Counted from the stretch's first letter, positions 1 through 12,559 are shown. The stretch is 64,000 nucleotides of DNA from Octopus sinensis (GCF_006345805.1 NC_042999.1:73594001-73658000); one strand, 5' to 3'. Notes: generated from the sequence alone by a model not told the origin. Translations and numbers: made by a program.

Positions 1-1178
1 CTTAAGCTGAAATTTGAATCGAGAAACCTTATCTTTATACAGGTTTCTAATAACCTTAATCTCTGTGCTGTAGTATAATAAGAACTCTTCCATGTTTTCC
101 AGCTTACAAGTAAAAGTTTTCAGATCATAGTTTAGTCAAAGAGGACTGGTCAACATCAAGACAACTTTGGAGGACCAAAAATTCTATGCATTTACACTGT
201 ATACTATGCCTACTTGAATGCTGGAAAATAAGGTAATGTTGAAAATCCCAACATGAAAATGAAGGTTAATGACCCCATTATCTTAAACAACTCTAATAGT
301 AACTCCTTTTGGAAATACATAAGTTTTAGTCTTTCTCCCATATTATATTATTTCTGTTCTGTTGCCAAAATTGATTGTTATTATTATCATTTTTCAAAGT
401 TTTGGATGATGCTTAGCTTAATAAACATAAGATTATGAGTTACAGCTTTTACTACTGTTTTGTTTTGTGTTATGAACAATATACTTGTCTGTTATTTGCT
501 TCTCAAAGTGAAATCCAAAAGATGTAAATTTATGGTTCACTGCTGCTCTGAGATCTTTAAAGGTACATATTTGTCAGGTATATTATATGGGGCAAGAAAT
601 TTATCTTCAGCTTTACTGAAACGCAATGTTGATTTAAGCAAGTTTAGACAAGAGTCTTTTGCCAATGACTTTAACATGTGTACAAATGTTGTGTACACAG
701 GTGATGGGGGTTGTGTTTCTTGAAGCTTCACAATCTCCTTCTGGTCTACCTTTGCCCCTCTCCTTTCTTCTTTGTCTTCTTCTTATCTACCTCCTCATCT
801 TTCTTCTTTTCCTTCTCTTCCTCCGCTACCTCATTACCATCATCCCATCAGCATCATCATTTGTGATCCAGCAAAGGAGCCTCTATGCAGTCATTTGGCC
901 TGCTAGAAATAATAACCAAATTTCACGCAAAGAGAATACAATTTGTTTTGCTATTTTATTTTAAAGGACACAACAAATAATATAGTCTTAAATTCACTTT
1001 GTTTGAAGGTAAAATACAAGGGTCATGCCATGAACATCTTTGGTCATATATCTGCTGGATCAGAGTTATCCTATCATTATTACTATCTTCAGTATTGTTC
1101 TCTTTATCATGATCTCCACCACCACCACCACCACCATCCTCATACATTCAGAACCTGTTCATTCATTTTCTTTGCGTT

Positions 1179-2294
1179 GTTAGGATTGGCAACGAATATA
1201 GTGAAGAATTCCGGGTAGAAGTAGGTGTACACCAAGGCTCAGCCCTCAGTCCCCTTTTATTCATCATAGTCCTCCAGGCAATAACAGAGGAATTCAAAAC
1301 AGGATTCCCCTGGGAGCTCCTCTATGCTGATGACCTGGCTCTCATAGCAGAATCACTACAGGAACTAGAAAAGAAATTTCGGGTGTGGAAGCAAGGGTTA
1401 GAATCAAAGGGCCTTAGAGTAAATGTAGCAAAGACCAAAGTTATAGTAAGCAGAAAGGCGAACTCAGCACACACACCCTCGGGCAGGTGGCCCTGCTCGA
1501 TCTGTAGGAAAGGTGTAGGTAGAAACTCCATAAGATGCACCCAATGTAAGCTATGGACGCATAAGAGGTGCAGCAACATCAAAGGGAAATTAACTGATAA
1601 GATAGCTTTTATGTGTGGCAGATGCACAGGGACAATAGACACCACAGACACTCAGAAAACAGATTCCATCACACTCCAGGGGGAGAAACTAGAAGTAGCT
1701 GATAGTTTCCGCTACCTGGGTGACCAAGTTAGTAGTGGAGGTGGATGCTCAGAGAGTATCACCACTAGAATACGAATAGCCTGGGCAAAGTTCAGAAAGC
1801 TCCTACCCCTACTGGTGACAAAGGGTCTCTTGCTCAGAGTGAAAGGTAGATTGTATGATGCATGTATGCGAACTGCCATGCTTCACGGTAGTGAAACATG
1901 GGCTGTGACTGCAGAGGACATGCATAGACTTGAAAGAAATGAAGGTAGCATGATCCGCTGGATGTGTAATGTCAGTGTGCATGCACGACAGAGTGTAAGC
2001 ACCCTGAGAGAAATGTTGGACATAAGAAGCATCAGATGTGGTGTGCAAGAGCAACGCTTGCGATGGTATGGTCATGTACAGCGGATGGATGAGGAGAGAT
2101 GTGTGAAGAAGTGCCACTCCCAAACAGTTGAAGGTATCAGGGGGAGAGGTAGACCCAGGAAGACATGGGATGAGGTAGTCAAGCATGACCTCAGAGCGTT
2201 GGGCCTCACTGAGGCAATGGCGATGGACCGAGATCTCTGGAGATATGCTGTGACTGCAAAGACCCGGGCTGCTTCCTGCACCAGTTCCGCATAG
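1179..2294 (+). mobile_element. 5'-truncated RTE-clade LINE (RT C-terminal half with PHD-type finger), frame still open
   Basis: GVHQGSALSPLLF...LLYADD...FRYLGD...MLHGSETW...RLRWYGHV motifs, with no stop from 1182 to 2294. Homologous to 44850-45950. Confidence 0.95.
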
Positions 2295-2799
2295 CTCCTG
2301 CCCATTCAAATCTTCCATGTTTGCTCTTCTTCCATCATTCATATATAGGTATCATTTAGATATATCACACCAGATAATAACTACCACCACTACCAGAGAC
2401 CTCAAAAAACTTCCTCCATTAGGGTATATAACAAACTTGCTCAATCGTGCAAAGATATGTTCACTGCATATATAAAGGAAACAATCTTCTATTTTACCCC
2501 ACTACTCTCAGACAACATGAAAAATAAAACCCTCCAATTAACTATCAATGTAAGGTCTCAAAATCAGTGATGAGATTTGTTTGGCTTTCTCATATTTGTA
2601 AGATAATTAAAAAAAGGCTAACCTACAACAACAGAGATAGAAAACCAGTCCTAAACATTTACTGACTCTCTAGAAATTTAAAATGAGACTTGCAATCTGA
2701 AATGTCTCCCATATCTGGGACAGTACTGCTGTCACACACCAAAATAAACACACATTTACCTAAAAAAAAGCCACCCAACAGTTGATAAATACTCATTCA

Positions 2800-2952
2800 T
2801 GGGCTTCTTTCAATTTCTGTCTACCAAATCCACTCTCAAGGATTTGGTTGGCCTGGGGCTATAGTAGAAGACACTTTCCCAAAATGCCACACAATGGAAC
2901 TGAATCAAGAATCATGTGGTTGGGAAGCAAACTTACCATACAGCCATGCCTA
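2800..2952 (-). mobile_element. tRNA-headed CORE-like SINE fragment
   Basis: Related pieces recur near 15460-15740, 17530-17640, 22546-22670, 32090-32240 and 32930-33080. Confidence 0.75.
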
Positions 2953-3875
2953 CACTGATATATTAAAACAAAATAAAATCAAAAATAACTGAGGGAGATT
3001 AGTGAAATTATATATGAAGAGATCCAAAGACCTGGTCTTTGTCAATATGACTACTTATAGTTATAATTTTTAATGGTGGCATAAGGCATGGTTAGAGTAT
3101 AATCTGTTCAATCAACTGCATATTGTCAGAGTCATTAGAGTATCAGATGAAATGCCCTGTAGTATTTTGTTTCAAGTCTCTATACTTTAAGTTCAAATCC
3201 TGCCAAAATCAGCTTTGCCTTTAATCCTTTCTGGATTAGTAAATAAAGAACTAGGTGTTGATTTCTCCTTCCCCACGACCACTTAGTTTTTTTGTATGTC
3301 TTTCTCAGAAACAGCTTTGTTGTGCAATGAGATTGGAAGCAGGGGACCACTCACAACGTCCCTTGCTTTAATTATTCTTTCTACTGTAGGCACAAAGCCT
3401 GAAATTTTGGGCAAGTAGGCCAATCGATTACATCAACCCCAGTGCTCAACTGGTCCATATTTTATTGACTTTAAAAGGAAGAAAGGTAACGTCAACTTCG
3501 GCGAAATTTGAACTGGTTCTAATAATAGAATAGGGTTGAGTGAGTGGCTAGCAACCTCGCATCGCTTTCAGTCATTTGACTGCAACCACGCTGGGGCACC
3601 ACCTTGAATAGTTTTAATCAAACAAATCGACTCTAGGACTTTAAAGCCTAGTACTTATTGTATCGATCTCTAATTGATAGTTTTTTTTTTTATTGATAAA
3701 GTTAATTAAGGCAAAATTTGAACTCAGCCATAAGGCACTATTATTAAATACGCTGTATTTTCTCCAGCATTTCACCAAATATGTCTCTTCAATTGCTCTC
3801 AATTGGCACTAACTTTGTCAACTCCAGAGGGTAGAATTATGCACTAGTGGCTTACCTCCAAAACTGTGCCACACC

Positions 3876-4168
3876 CAACTTAGTTTTCTCACAACTTTAA
3901 GAAAAATGGATATTTTTAATGAAATTTTCTTCAAATACCTTCAGATGATGTAGATTCCGAGTATATCAGAATTTAATTTGAAAAGAAAAAATCGACAGGT
4001 ATACACTGACATACATACTGACACATTACATATCTACAAAACGAAACTTGAAATTTGGAAAAAATTGTGATGTATGTATTTATGCACGTCCACCAATTTG
4101 AAAGATATTTGTAGAAATTTCATTAAAAAAATATCCATTTTTCTGAAAGTTATGAGGAAACGAAGTTG
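3876..4168. repeat. Imperfect ~70-bp inverted repeat (MITE/foldback-like)
   Basis: 3876-3944 is the approximate reverse complement of 4098-4168. Confidence 0.75.
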
Positions 4169-4499
4169 ACTCGGGGGAATTTTCCGAAACTCTTCTCCGA
4201 AAAAATTTTCACAAATTCCGATATAATTGGAATCTACGCCTTCTGAAAAGTATTTCTAGAATTAAAATGCCAATTTTTCAGAAAATTATGGCGAAGTAAA
4301 GTAGGAGGGGCTACACTTGTTTAGGTATGCTGAATTAATTTTAAGGTCTATTTGAAAGTGAAGTCGATAAAGTTGGGATTCGAGTGCAGTATGTAAAGGG
4401 AGGTAACTGAGTGTTGTATTTTACTCGTATTATCTATTTTTGCCATTTTTCTGCACCATGATAGAATATAATTTCTTAAATTGTAGAAAATCACAAATT

Positions 4500-4850
4500 T
4501 GTACGAGGTAAATATAATTTAATGCTTGTAATAGCTTAGGTTTGAAGGGCCCACAAGTTTTCAACATTCTGATAAACAACCTCAGAGACATGTGAGGCGT
4601 AGATGTGGATGTTTTTAAAGAGCATTTAGACAATTTTTATTTAATGTACCAGACGAACTCTCATCGTGATAGGAAACAAAGAACAACTCTGTCCAACTCA
4701 CTACTATACCAGAAATATACTATACTATACTATACCAGAAATAGCTCCGGTGAGAAAGCCGAGGAGTGAGTGCTAAATGAAAACTAATCACACTAAAGGC
4801 GGTGCTACAGCATGGTCGCAGCCACTGGCTGAAAACAGTTGAAGTAAAAA
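4500..4850 (+). mobile_element. 3' fragment of CR1-like LINE
   Basis: Similar to 51550-51820 (GPQVFNIL..NLRD..GVDVDVFKEHLD), ending in the ggcggtgctacagcatgg tail. Confidence 0.7.
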
Positions 4851-5863
4851 AAAAAGGGGGAATAAAATGTGAACGGGTATTAGATCTGTAGCCTGGTCAA
4901 AATATTTGTAACAGAGTGAAACCCTGTTGAAGGTACCTATGAATAGACTGTGATAGTGTGAAAGCAACACATTTGTTAACCTCCTGAATTTTTTTTTTCC
5001 GTGACAGAAATTGAACTACGGTTACCAGGGTAAAAATTCGTAGCCCTTAAAACTTATATATATATATATATTTATAGGCGACATTCGGGTTCAAGCACCT
5101 CATAACTTTTTTTTTTTAATTTTCAGAAAATCTTATCAAATTTGTGTTCTACACACAGGAATCCATACGATTATGAAGGAAAAAAATGTGTGATTTAAGG
5201 GCATAATTCTTGTTTAAGCACCCTATATAACTCCTCATAACATTTTAATTCAGGGGAATTTTCAGAATTTTTTTATCTGTGTGATTTAAGGGTGATTTAG
5301 CTGTTATTTTTGGCGTCTCACGACCACCTAATACTTTCCCCTTTTCTTTGTCACTGACATGTAATGATGTATTTTCAATATTTTTCTCCCCATAAACACA
5401 TTTTCTGGAATGATGATGCATCCATTGGTGGGAATTTTTGCAAATGATTCAGAATGTCCGTATTTGAAACTCTGATTTTTAAAAAATTGAAGGGTAAAAT
5501 TTTTAGGATTTACGAAGAGTGGGTTATAAGATTTTTCTTTTTTCATAATCATATTGGTGTCAATTTCAATAAAAGATATTCCGGCAATATGATGCGTTTT
5601 CCAAATTTTCTAACCATGAAAACAATTTCATGAAAATTGAAAGTTTAACATTGTGTACTCGTACACGTAGTTTAATGTAAAAAGTGAGTCATCTTCAATA
5701 GAATTTCTTAATTCTTCGTAAATGTATATATTTTAGCTAACATTTTAATTGCCAGTATCAGTACCTGGTATGCATTTAAGATATGGTACGGTAGGGTAAG
5801 GTATTGTGATATTTTGAATGAGGAGGGTGATGCGGAAGAAGTGGCTATAGGGAGTTGATGTAG

Positions 5864-6002
5864 AAGTGGCTCAAGGGGGTCGATGCGGAAGGAAAAGTGG
5901 CTCAAGGGGGTCGATGCGGAAGGAAAAGTGGCTCAAGGGGGTCGATGCGGAAGGAAAAGTGGCTAAAGGGGGTCGATGGTCGAAAACGTTTGACGACCCC
6001 TG
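5864..6002 (-). mobile_element. 31-bp tandem repeat (~3.7 copies) ending in a hAT-like terminus
   Basis: Unit aagtggctcaagggggtcgatgcggaaggaa at 5864, 5895, 5926 and 5957. The end reads CAGGGGTCGTCAAAC on the minus strand, a hAT/Charlie-type TIR. No partner TIR found. Confidence 0.6.
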
Positions 6003-6492
6003 AAGTAGATAGTCGCATAGCTTTGATAATGAATGCATTTTCATGATCAAGTTAAAGTGAGCTAACATAACAGGCTGTCTCGTTCTTTTTAAGCACAACG
6101 TAATTAGAACTAGATTATATTCTAGAGTGTCCTCCCCTTTCTAAGACAAAAGAGTTGATTTGTGTGATTTGGCTGCTATTTCTAGCAGGCCGAATGACCA
6201 ACGAAATAAGTCATGGGCAAACTGCGACTCGCAGAACCTTTTAAATGGCACGCCTAACGAAAAGTTAACATGATTTTTTTAGTAGCGCCGCTTGCTTGTC
6301 AAAAAGGGTTGTCTTTGTCTGATTTAGAGGCAACTGTTGGATTGGCAGAATTGTTAGGGCAAATGAGAAAATATAGCGAGGCGCTTAGTTCTAGCATTTT
6401 ACTGAGTTCAACTCCTACCGTGGTTAGAAGTTTCCTATCTTTCTGGAGAGGAGTGGTCGATAAAATAAAGCAAGTAGTTGAGATTTAATATT

Positions 6493-6711
6493 GATTTCAA
6501 ATTTGGATACAAGGTCAGCAAGTTCGGGGGAGAGGTAAGTCGATTACATCGACCCCAGTATTCGATTGGTACTTACTTCATCAGCCCCGAGGGGATGAAA
6601 GGCAAAGTCGATCTCAGCGGAATTTTGAACTCAGAATCTAAAGACGGGCGAAATGCCGTTAAGCATTTTGCTCGGTGTACTAACGATTCTGACAGCTCGT
6701 CGCCTTTAGTA
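6493..6711 (-). mobile_element. Full-length tRNA-derived SINE (Meta-domain-like centre) with 13-bp TSD
   Basis: gagatttaatatt at 6480-6492 and 6712-6724. Same family as 35180-35420 (+), 3380-3520, 23895-24145 and 25830-26060. Confidence 0.85.
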
Positions 6712-6852
6712 GAGATTTAATATTTCTATCAAGTATCTTAAATGTGAATGGAATTATAAATGGGAAATAATAAGTAGAGAGAGACGAAATAGGTAGAAGA
6801 TAATTCTCTGGCAATGCCAACTGATGCTTCCGCTACGAAATGTGACACCTGA

Positions 6853-6895
6853 TGACGTGAATTACGGAAATGAACGGAGACACATCTCGCGAGAT
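6853..6895 (+). promoter_or_regulatory. Putative ZFPL1 proximal promoter motifs: TGACGTGA (CRE/UPRE-like), CGGAAA (ETS-like), palindromic ATCTCGCGAGAT
   Basis: CpG-rich patch 95-140 bp upstream of the ATG in otherwise CpG-poor DNA. TCTCGCGAGA at 6885-6894 is a known housekeeping-promoter palindrome. Confidence 0.6.
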
Positions 6896-6989
6896 TACGA
6901 ATAAATTCTCGTAGATGTGGCGTCTATGGAGTCATACTGTTGACATCACTTAAGTCTGCTACATTAGTTCACTTTACAACACCTAAAAC

Positions 6990-7091
6990 ATGGGACTGTG
7001 TAAGTGTCCCAAGAAGAAAGTTACCAACCTTTTCTGCTTCGAACATCGTGTCAATGTTTGCGAACACTGTCTGGTTGCCAACCATCCACGG
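6990..7091 (+). CDS. ZFPL1: ZFPL1 coding exon 1 (N-terminal zinc-binding region)
   Basis: Translates [34 protein letters not shown], nearly identical to the ZFPL1 N-terminus as I recall it. 102 nt, GT donor at 7092, phase 0. Confidence 0.97.
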
Positions 7092-7929
7092 GTAAAATTT
7101 GTTTCTCATTTACTTATGTCACAATCTAATTCAATTTCTCATTTTTAGTCGGTTGACACCTCCTTAATTCCTGATTTATGTTTTATATATTCGCAAGAAA
7201 AAGTATTCCTTACTGTACAACATATGGCTGTTGTTTAAGAAAAGATTGGAAGTCAATATAATAGTATATTAACACTAATTAAAATATTGTCATTAGTAAG
7301 TATGTGGGACAAGCGAATACCAACATTCCACTCTTCTTTGAAGTGATGCGGCTTTAAATACTATTTCTAATATTGTAACATGACATATTTTTCAGGATGG
7401 CTGTAGTGGACTAAATCAACCGCAGTGTTTGACTGGTCTTTTTGTCGACCTTAAAAGGATAAGAGACAAATCGACATCTGTGTAAATAGACGTAACTAAC
7501 TGACCTAATGCATTATGTCCACCCCTTTACCAATTGACATTCACTGCTCTCTCGTTGATTCTTGATTAACTGGTTCTACACTATTAGCTAATAACACTAA
7601 TTAATCCTTTTAATTTAGTCGTGAACTGGATAATTTTCTCACATGTTTAGTAAATCTGCAATAAATGAAATATTTTTACTTCTATGTGTGCCTTTTGTAA
7701 TTCGATTACTTTCATTGATTAATCCTTTCGGGACTAATATTTACAATAGTTAAAAATGTAGCAATGAATTCAAAGACAAAATGAAACCAACATTAATAGT
7801 AAGTTAAATGCATGGAACAGTAAAATACTAACCAGAAATGTATGGTGTAGAGAATTATTTTAGTCAATAAAATGTATTTAAAATAAATTTGAACACTTCT
7901 CTGGAAAGTTATTATCAATAGCTTTCATT

Positions 7930-8420
7930 TTACTATCAGTAATGGGTAAATGGACTAATAGGATAAAACAAACTGAAATATCTTTTACGTTGCAGCCAAG
8001 TCATTAATGCCTTCAAAAAAAAAAACAAAAAAAAAACGAACTCTACAAAATTTAAAGGTGTTATTGATGGTGTGTATGTTTATATATGTAATATATTATT
8101 TGCAGACGATGTAAAGTTATAAAAGAGCTGGCAGAGCAGATATTCCGCAATGTAGTTTATTAAAATTGAGTTGGTCCAACATTTGGGAATTAGATTTGAC
8201 TACATAAAATATTGTTTGTGTCATCATCATTGTGTACATATAGATGGAGAGAGAGGAAGAGTAAGTAAAAGATATTAGGTTCAGCATAACTATGAAAGTA
8301 TTTAGGATTGTATAACATACATTTCATGGTTTCATACAGTAGGGTGGGGTCATACTGAGTAGAATGATCTCTTCATGTTTCTCCTCCTAAAGCTTTGAAC
8401 TATACAGTATCAAAGCGTTA
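7930..8420 (+). mobile_element. Decayed CR1-like RT fragment
   Basis: ILFADDVKL at ~8093-8120, followed by degenerate LKLSWSNIWEL. Confidence 0.5.
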
Positions 8421-8429
8421 GATTAATTA

Positions 8430-8700
8430 CAACACCTTTATATATACATTCACAATTTCTAATTTCATTTTTGGATGTAATAAATAGCTAGTTATGTATA
8501 TTTTTGGACCTTAGTTCATATAATTACTCAATATAATAATATACCTCGTATTATTGTATCATACTCTAAGGGTTAGACATCAAAGCAATTTATTAAATAT
8601 AGTTTGCATAAAGCATTATCTCATAGTGATATAAACCTTCTTGATTTTTTTTAAAGCCAAAACAATGCAAGTTGTAAAAATATTTTGGGATCAGGACTGC
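8430..8700 (+). mobile_element. Decayed Penelope-like RT thumb fragment
   Basis: ISFLDVIN and FIKYSLHKA-like motifs across frameshifts. Confidence 0.45.
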
Positions 8701-8779
8701 TTCTTTAGGAAATCTTTGGAGAAAAAGCTGTTGTTAGTTGACTTCTCTAACCTAGAGTGTGTATATATAAATGGTTTTG

Positions 8780-9520
8780 TATTGCTATAGTAGCCAATCA
8801 GCTGTGTAGTTCTGTTATTAATATGTGGGATGTATTAGTTAATTAAAATAGCTTCTGCTATTCTCAATTTCCTAATGTTTCTGTAGCTTCAATGGAAACC
8901 TGGATATCTTGAGTATGGCATTTCCTTAGGTGTCATTTAGCATAGAGGTGTTCTTTAACTCGTATGTGTACTTGTCTACTGATGCTTCTGATGTTGAATT
9001 CATTACATTTGTTACTTGTGATTTTCTACACCGTGTAGAACCACAGATATATTTTCATCTTTGATTAGGCAGTTTGGCAATGCACACAAGGTGTTGTTTT
9101 GTCTTGGCCTGCTTTTAGATAGAATCCTCCTCATGGAAGGTCCAAAATGTGCCAGTCATATATTGAATCCCTCCCTATGGATTGCTCAGCAGATTACAGC
9201 AATTGTTTTCCTGTTAAAATGTGGAAGTTTCAAAAAACATATGTTATCCTTGGATGTGTATGTTTTATTAAGTGTTCTGGTGATGTCATGGAATTTTGTG
9301 AAAGTATGGATTGCCATTTCCCATCAGGACTTTTTGGTATTTTTTGATGTTATTTTTACTTCCTGCCACATTGCATTTATTGCATATCATGTACATTTCA
9401 TTTCTAACATAAGCCATCTTAGCTCTGCTGCGAAGGGACGAATTATAATATACAAATAGGCCCCTGCATGCCATTTGGACCCGTGTTATCTGGATGTTGC
9501 ACTTAAATTTTATATTGTTG
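8780..9520 (-). mobile_element. Decayed Penelope-like element (RT thumb and GIY-YIG end)
   Basis: GLFVYYNS...KKYQKVLMGNGNP, RQVHIRVKEH (~8948-8978) and LRIAEAILIN*YIPHINNR (8811-8867). Confidence 0.65.
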
Positions 9521-9889
9521 AACATATTACATATTTTAAGAGCTTCCTTGTGAGATGATGTTAGTATAAGGATTTAGTCCACATACTTGGTGAAAAAGAC
9601 ACAGAAGTGACAGCTGTTAAGTGCCCTGCATTTTAACCAGTCTGTGCACATGATGGATATGCAAACTTGACAGTAGTCCAGAGATTTATTTGTATTAAAT
9701 ATACTTGTAGAAAGTTCTATTTAGATTAAAAAGAAAATTTGGTCTGTTAAAAACACTCTGTGTAGACAGCAAATACCAACATAAAAACAAACATTATATA
9801 TATATGTGTGTGAGTATGTAATCAGCTGTAAATGTAGTGTGCACATGTGTGTCATAGAGTACAAGTGCAAATATTGTCATAATTTCCCA

Positions 9890-11625
9890 TCAACTGGGCT
9901 TTGTACTGCCTATCTCAGATGATGTTTCAGGATGGTAGACTTAATGCTGCTGCTTTTCATTCTTTCCAAAACGGGGACATCAGTCACATAGTCATTCTAT
10001 TTAATATAATTGATCTGAGCTTCTGTGGTGAAATTGCTCTAGTTTTTTTATGCCACTTTGGTAAAGAGTCCAGGTTCTACAATAAAGGAGAGTGGAGATC
10101 CCAACTGCTTGGCAGACACTCAATTTTGTTTGGTGGTTCAGATCTTTGTTCTTAAAGACCTTTTTCGCGAGTCCACCAAACATGGTTTGAGCTGCTATTC
10201 ATTGATTCTCCATGTCCTCTTCCGATGTGCACTTCCTAAGTATGAAAAGTGGTTAACTTTCTCCAGTGGCATCTCCAAGATGGTAATGTTGAGGTCTGGT
10301 GTTTCCTGACTTAAAATGGGCTGTGCCAGGATTTTTGTCTTTTTGATACTGTCTTTTAGGCCAATCCAAGTGTAAGCATCGGTGAAGTTATTCACTGACT
10401 GTTGAAGCCGTTCACTGGAGTGATAGACGGCTGCATTGTCATCAGCATACTGAAGTTCAGTGATCTTTCGAAGATGGTGATAATAACAGCATCTTTGAAG
10501 TCTTTGGGAACATGGCAGTTCTTCCACATTCGGAGAATCAATGGGAACAGACAAGTGTTGAATAGTAGTCCACCATGTTATAGAAGTTCCACTGGGATGT
10601 TGTCTGGGCCAGGAGGCTTCTGCTGTTTCATGCAGTTGATTGCAATCTGATACTCTTTGTAGGATGGTGGCATGTTCATCTAGTGTTGAGTTGGATGCAT
10701 GGGTACATTCTTCAAGAAATCTTCCACGTTGGAGTCTTGGTTCAGAAGATTCAAGGAGTGCTTTCCCCAGCATTGAAGGATATCTTGTAGGTCAGTCAAG
10801 ATGGTGTTGGAGTTTACTGATTGAAGAGACCCTGTTGATGGTCTCACAGGCCCAAAAAGTTGCTTCATTCCTGCATAGAAGCATCTGAGGTCATGAGCAT
10901 CAGCATACCCTTGGTGTTCAACAGCTTTTTGATGCCACCAGTTGTTCTGCAACTCTCAATTTTGTTTGGCATTGTCTTTTGAGGTCTTGATATCTCAACT
11001 TGTGCCACAATCTTGGATCTTGCTCATGAGAGAGGTGGGCTTACCATTTTGCATTGATCAGCTGGCTGATTTCTTGATCATTGTCATCAAACCAGTCCTG
11101 ATGTTTCCTTTTGCTGTACCTGAGGGTGTTTTCAGCCACTTCAGTGATGGTTTTTCGAAGTGTGTTCCATTCCTTATCCATATCCTGGTTGTCAGATCGG
11201 ATGGATTGAAGGTGTTTGAGAATGGAAGATGCATAAAAGGAACTGATCTCTGGGCTGTTAAGCTTTGATATATCAAATTTCCTTCTGACTGGTTTTGTTT
11301 TTCTAGTCTTTGGTTTGTTTTTAACCATTATTTGAAGGCGGGTGATGACTAGATGATGGTCTGTCCAGCAATTGTCAGTGCTGTTAGCCATTTGCATGAT
11401 AACATTTCTTTTGTCATTGGGGTCTTAATTTAATGTGGTGAGGGACAAGGACAGTGCTCTTGTGCCCTTGTTTGGGGAGATCTTGTTTTTAGTTGAGTGT
11501 CCTCACACCCTCTTCCAAGATCCAGGAATCTGAACCAAGAGGGGAGCAGGTTTAGTCACCGACAACCCGACCATGACTGAGAGGAGTGGGAGTACATGGT
11601 TACCCATTGTCTCTAGGAAGAGACC
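9890..11625 (-). mobile_element. Internally deleted RTE-BovB-type LINE in ZFPL1 intron 1
   Basis: WTDHHLV, HQDWFDDND, FYAGMKQLFGP, LQYADD and FSYLGS motifs in broken frames. A 5' UTR-like segment at 11400-11625 is joined almost directly to the end of the endonuclease. Confidence 0.88.
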
Positions 11626-12559
11626 GTAGCAAAGAATATAAAAGTAGTAAAATATAGCCAGATATAAATATTTCTATTTTCAGATTTCTGTAAAATTTAC
11701 TCTTCCATATAAGTAACTTAATGTTAATTAGGTCTTGATTTTCAACTATTTCTATATTTATAGAATTACTAAATTAAACTGTAATTCACTATGCTTTTGT
11801 TGTTTTGTCATATATTCTTATATGATGCTTGCCTAATTTTATAAGCTAACTCCTTTTTGTCAGAGCCATATTAAATTTGATATGTTTCTGTAAACCAGTG
11901 AAATAGAAGTTGCAGTCGTGGTGGTGTTGGTGGGAGGTACATTTATTTATTTTTTTCTATTTTTTCTATATGTCACAGTTGAAAATATTTTTACATTGAA
12001 TGAATTGAATCTGAATATATGACTGAGTATTTTGACTTTGAATGTAGTTCAGATTTGTTTGTTTTACTGCCATTGTAGACAACATGACAATCTTTAAGTG
12101 AGCCGTTCTTTACAACAGATATTACACGGGGCATTAAAAAGCTAACTAGAGATAAATATGAATATGCAGTGAGAACAAAACTATCAGTCAATGATTGATA
12201 TTTTCATTTTTCCAGAAAATACTGTAGACAATTCCAGATACATTTTGATTTTATTCTGTATGTTGATGTGTGAAAATGGAATTGTTTATAAATTAAATAA
12301 TTCATAGATTTAGTCAATAATATTCTTATAATTAATTGGAGCTCTACTTGTTTAATACTAATTACTCTTGGCAACAAATTTGTTTCACCCTGGGCTCATC
12401 TGAGATAGCTAAATGGATGACTGAAACAAGTCACCTTCTTATTCCTCACACAGCCAAAGCATATACCCTCAACACCTCTAAATAGTATGCACATAGTTGT
12501 GTTGCATTAGTGTAATAAAAGAACACTGCTTACAATTCCTTGAAGAAATCACCCATCAC

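Noticed and set aside
537-800. Protein-like minus-strand ORF (KLQETQPPSPVY...) preceded by an acidic/basic stretch
   Set aside because: No recognisable homology, no pyrimidine-rich acceptor, and the upstream part is a simple purine repeat in another frame.
6849-6870. CTGATGA-hairpin-GAAA hammerhead-like string in the promoter
   Set aside because: Helices I and III cannot be formed in any topology and the 10.1-11.1 pair is C-G. It overlaps transcription-factor motifs instead.
11520-11625. Possible HDV-like ribozyme at the RTE 5' end (TCCTCTC loop-like string)
   Set aside because: Partial P1 and P3 pairing is possible, but there is no P2 partner after the CTAA segment.
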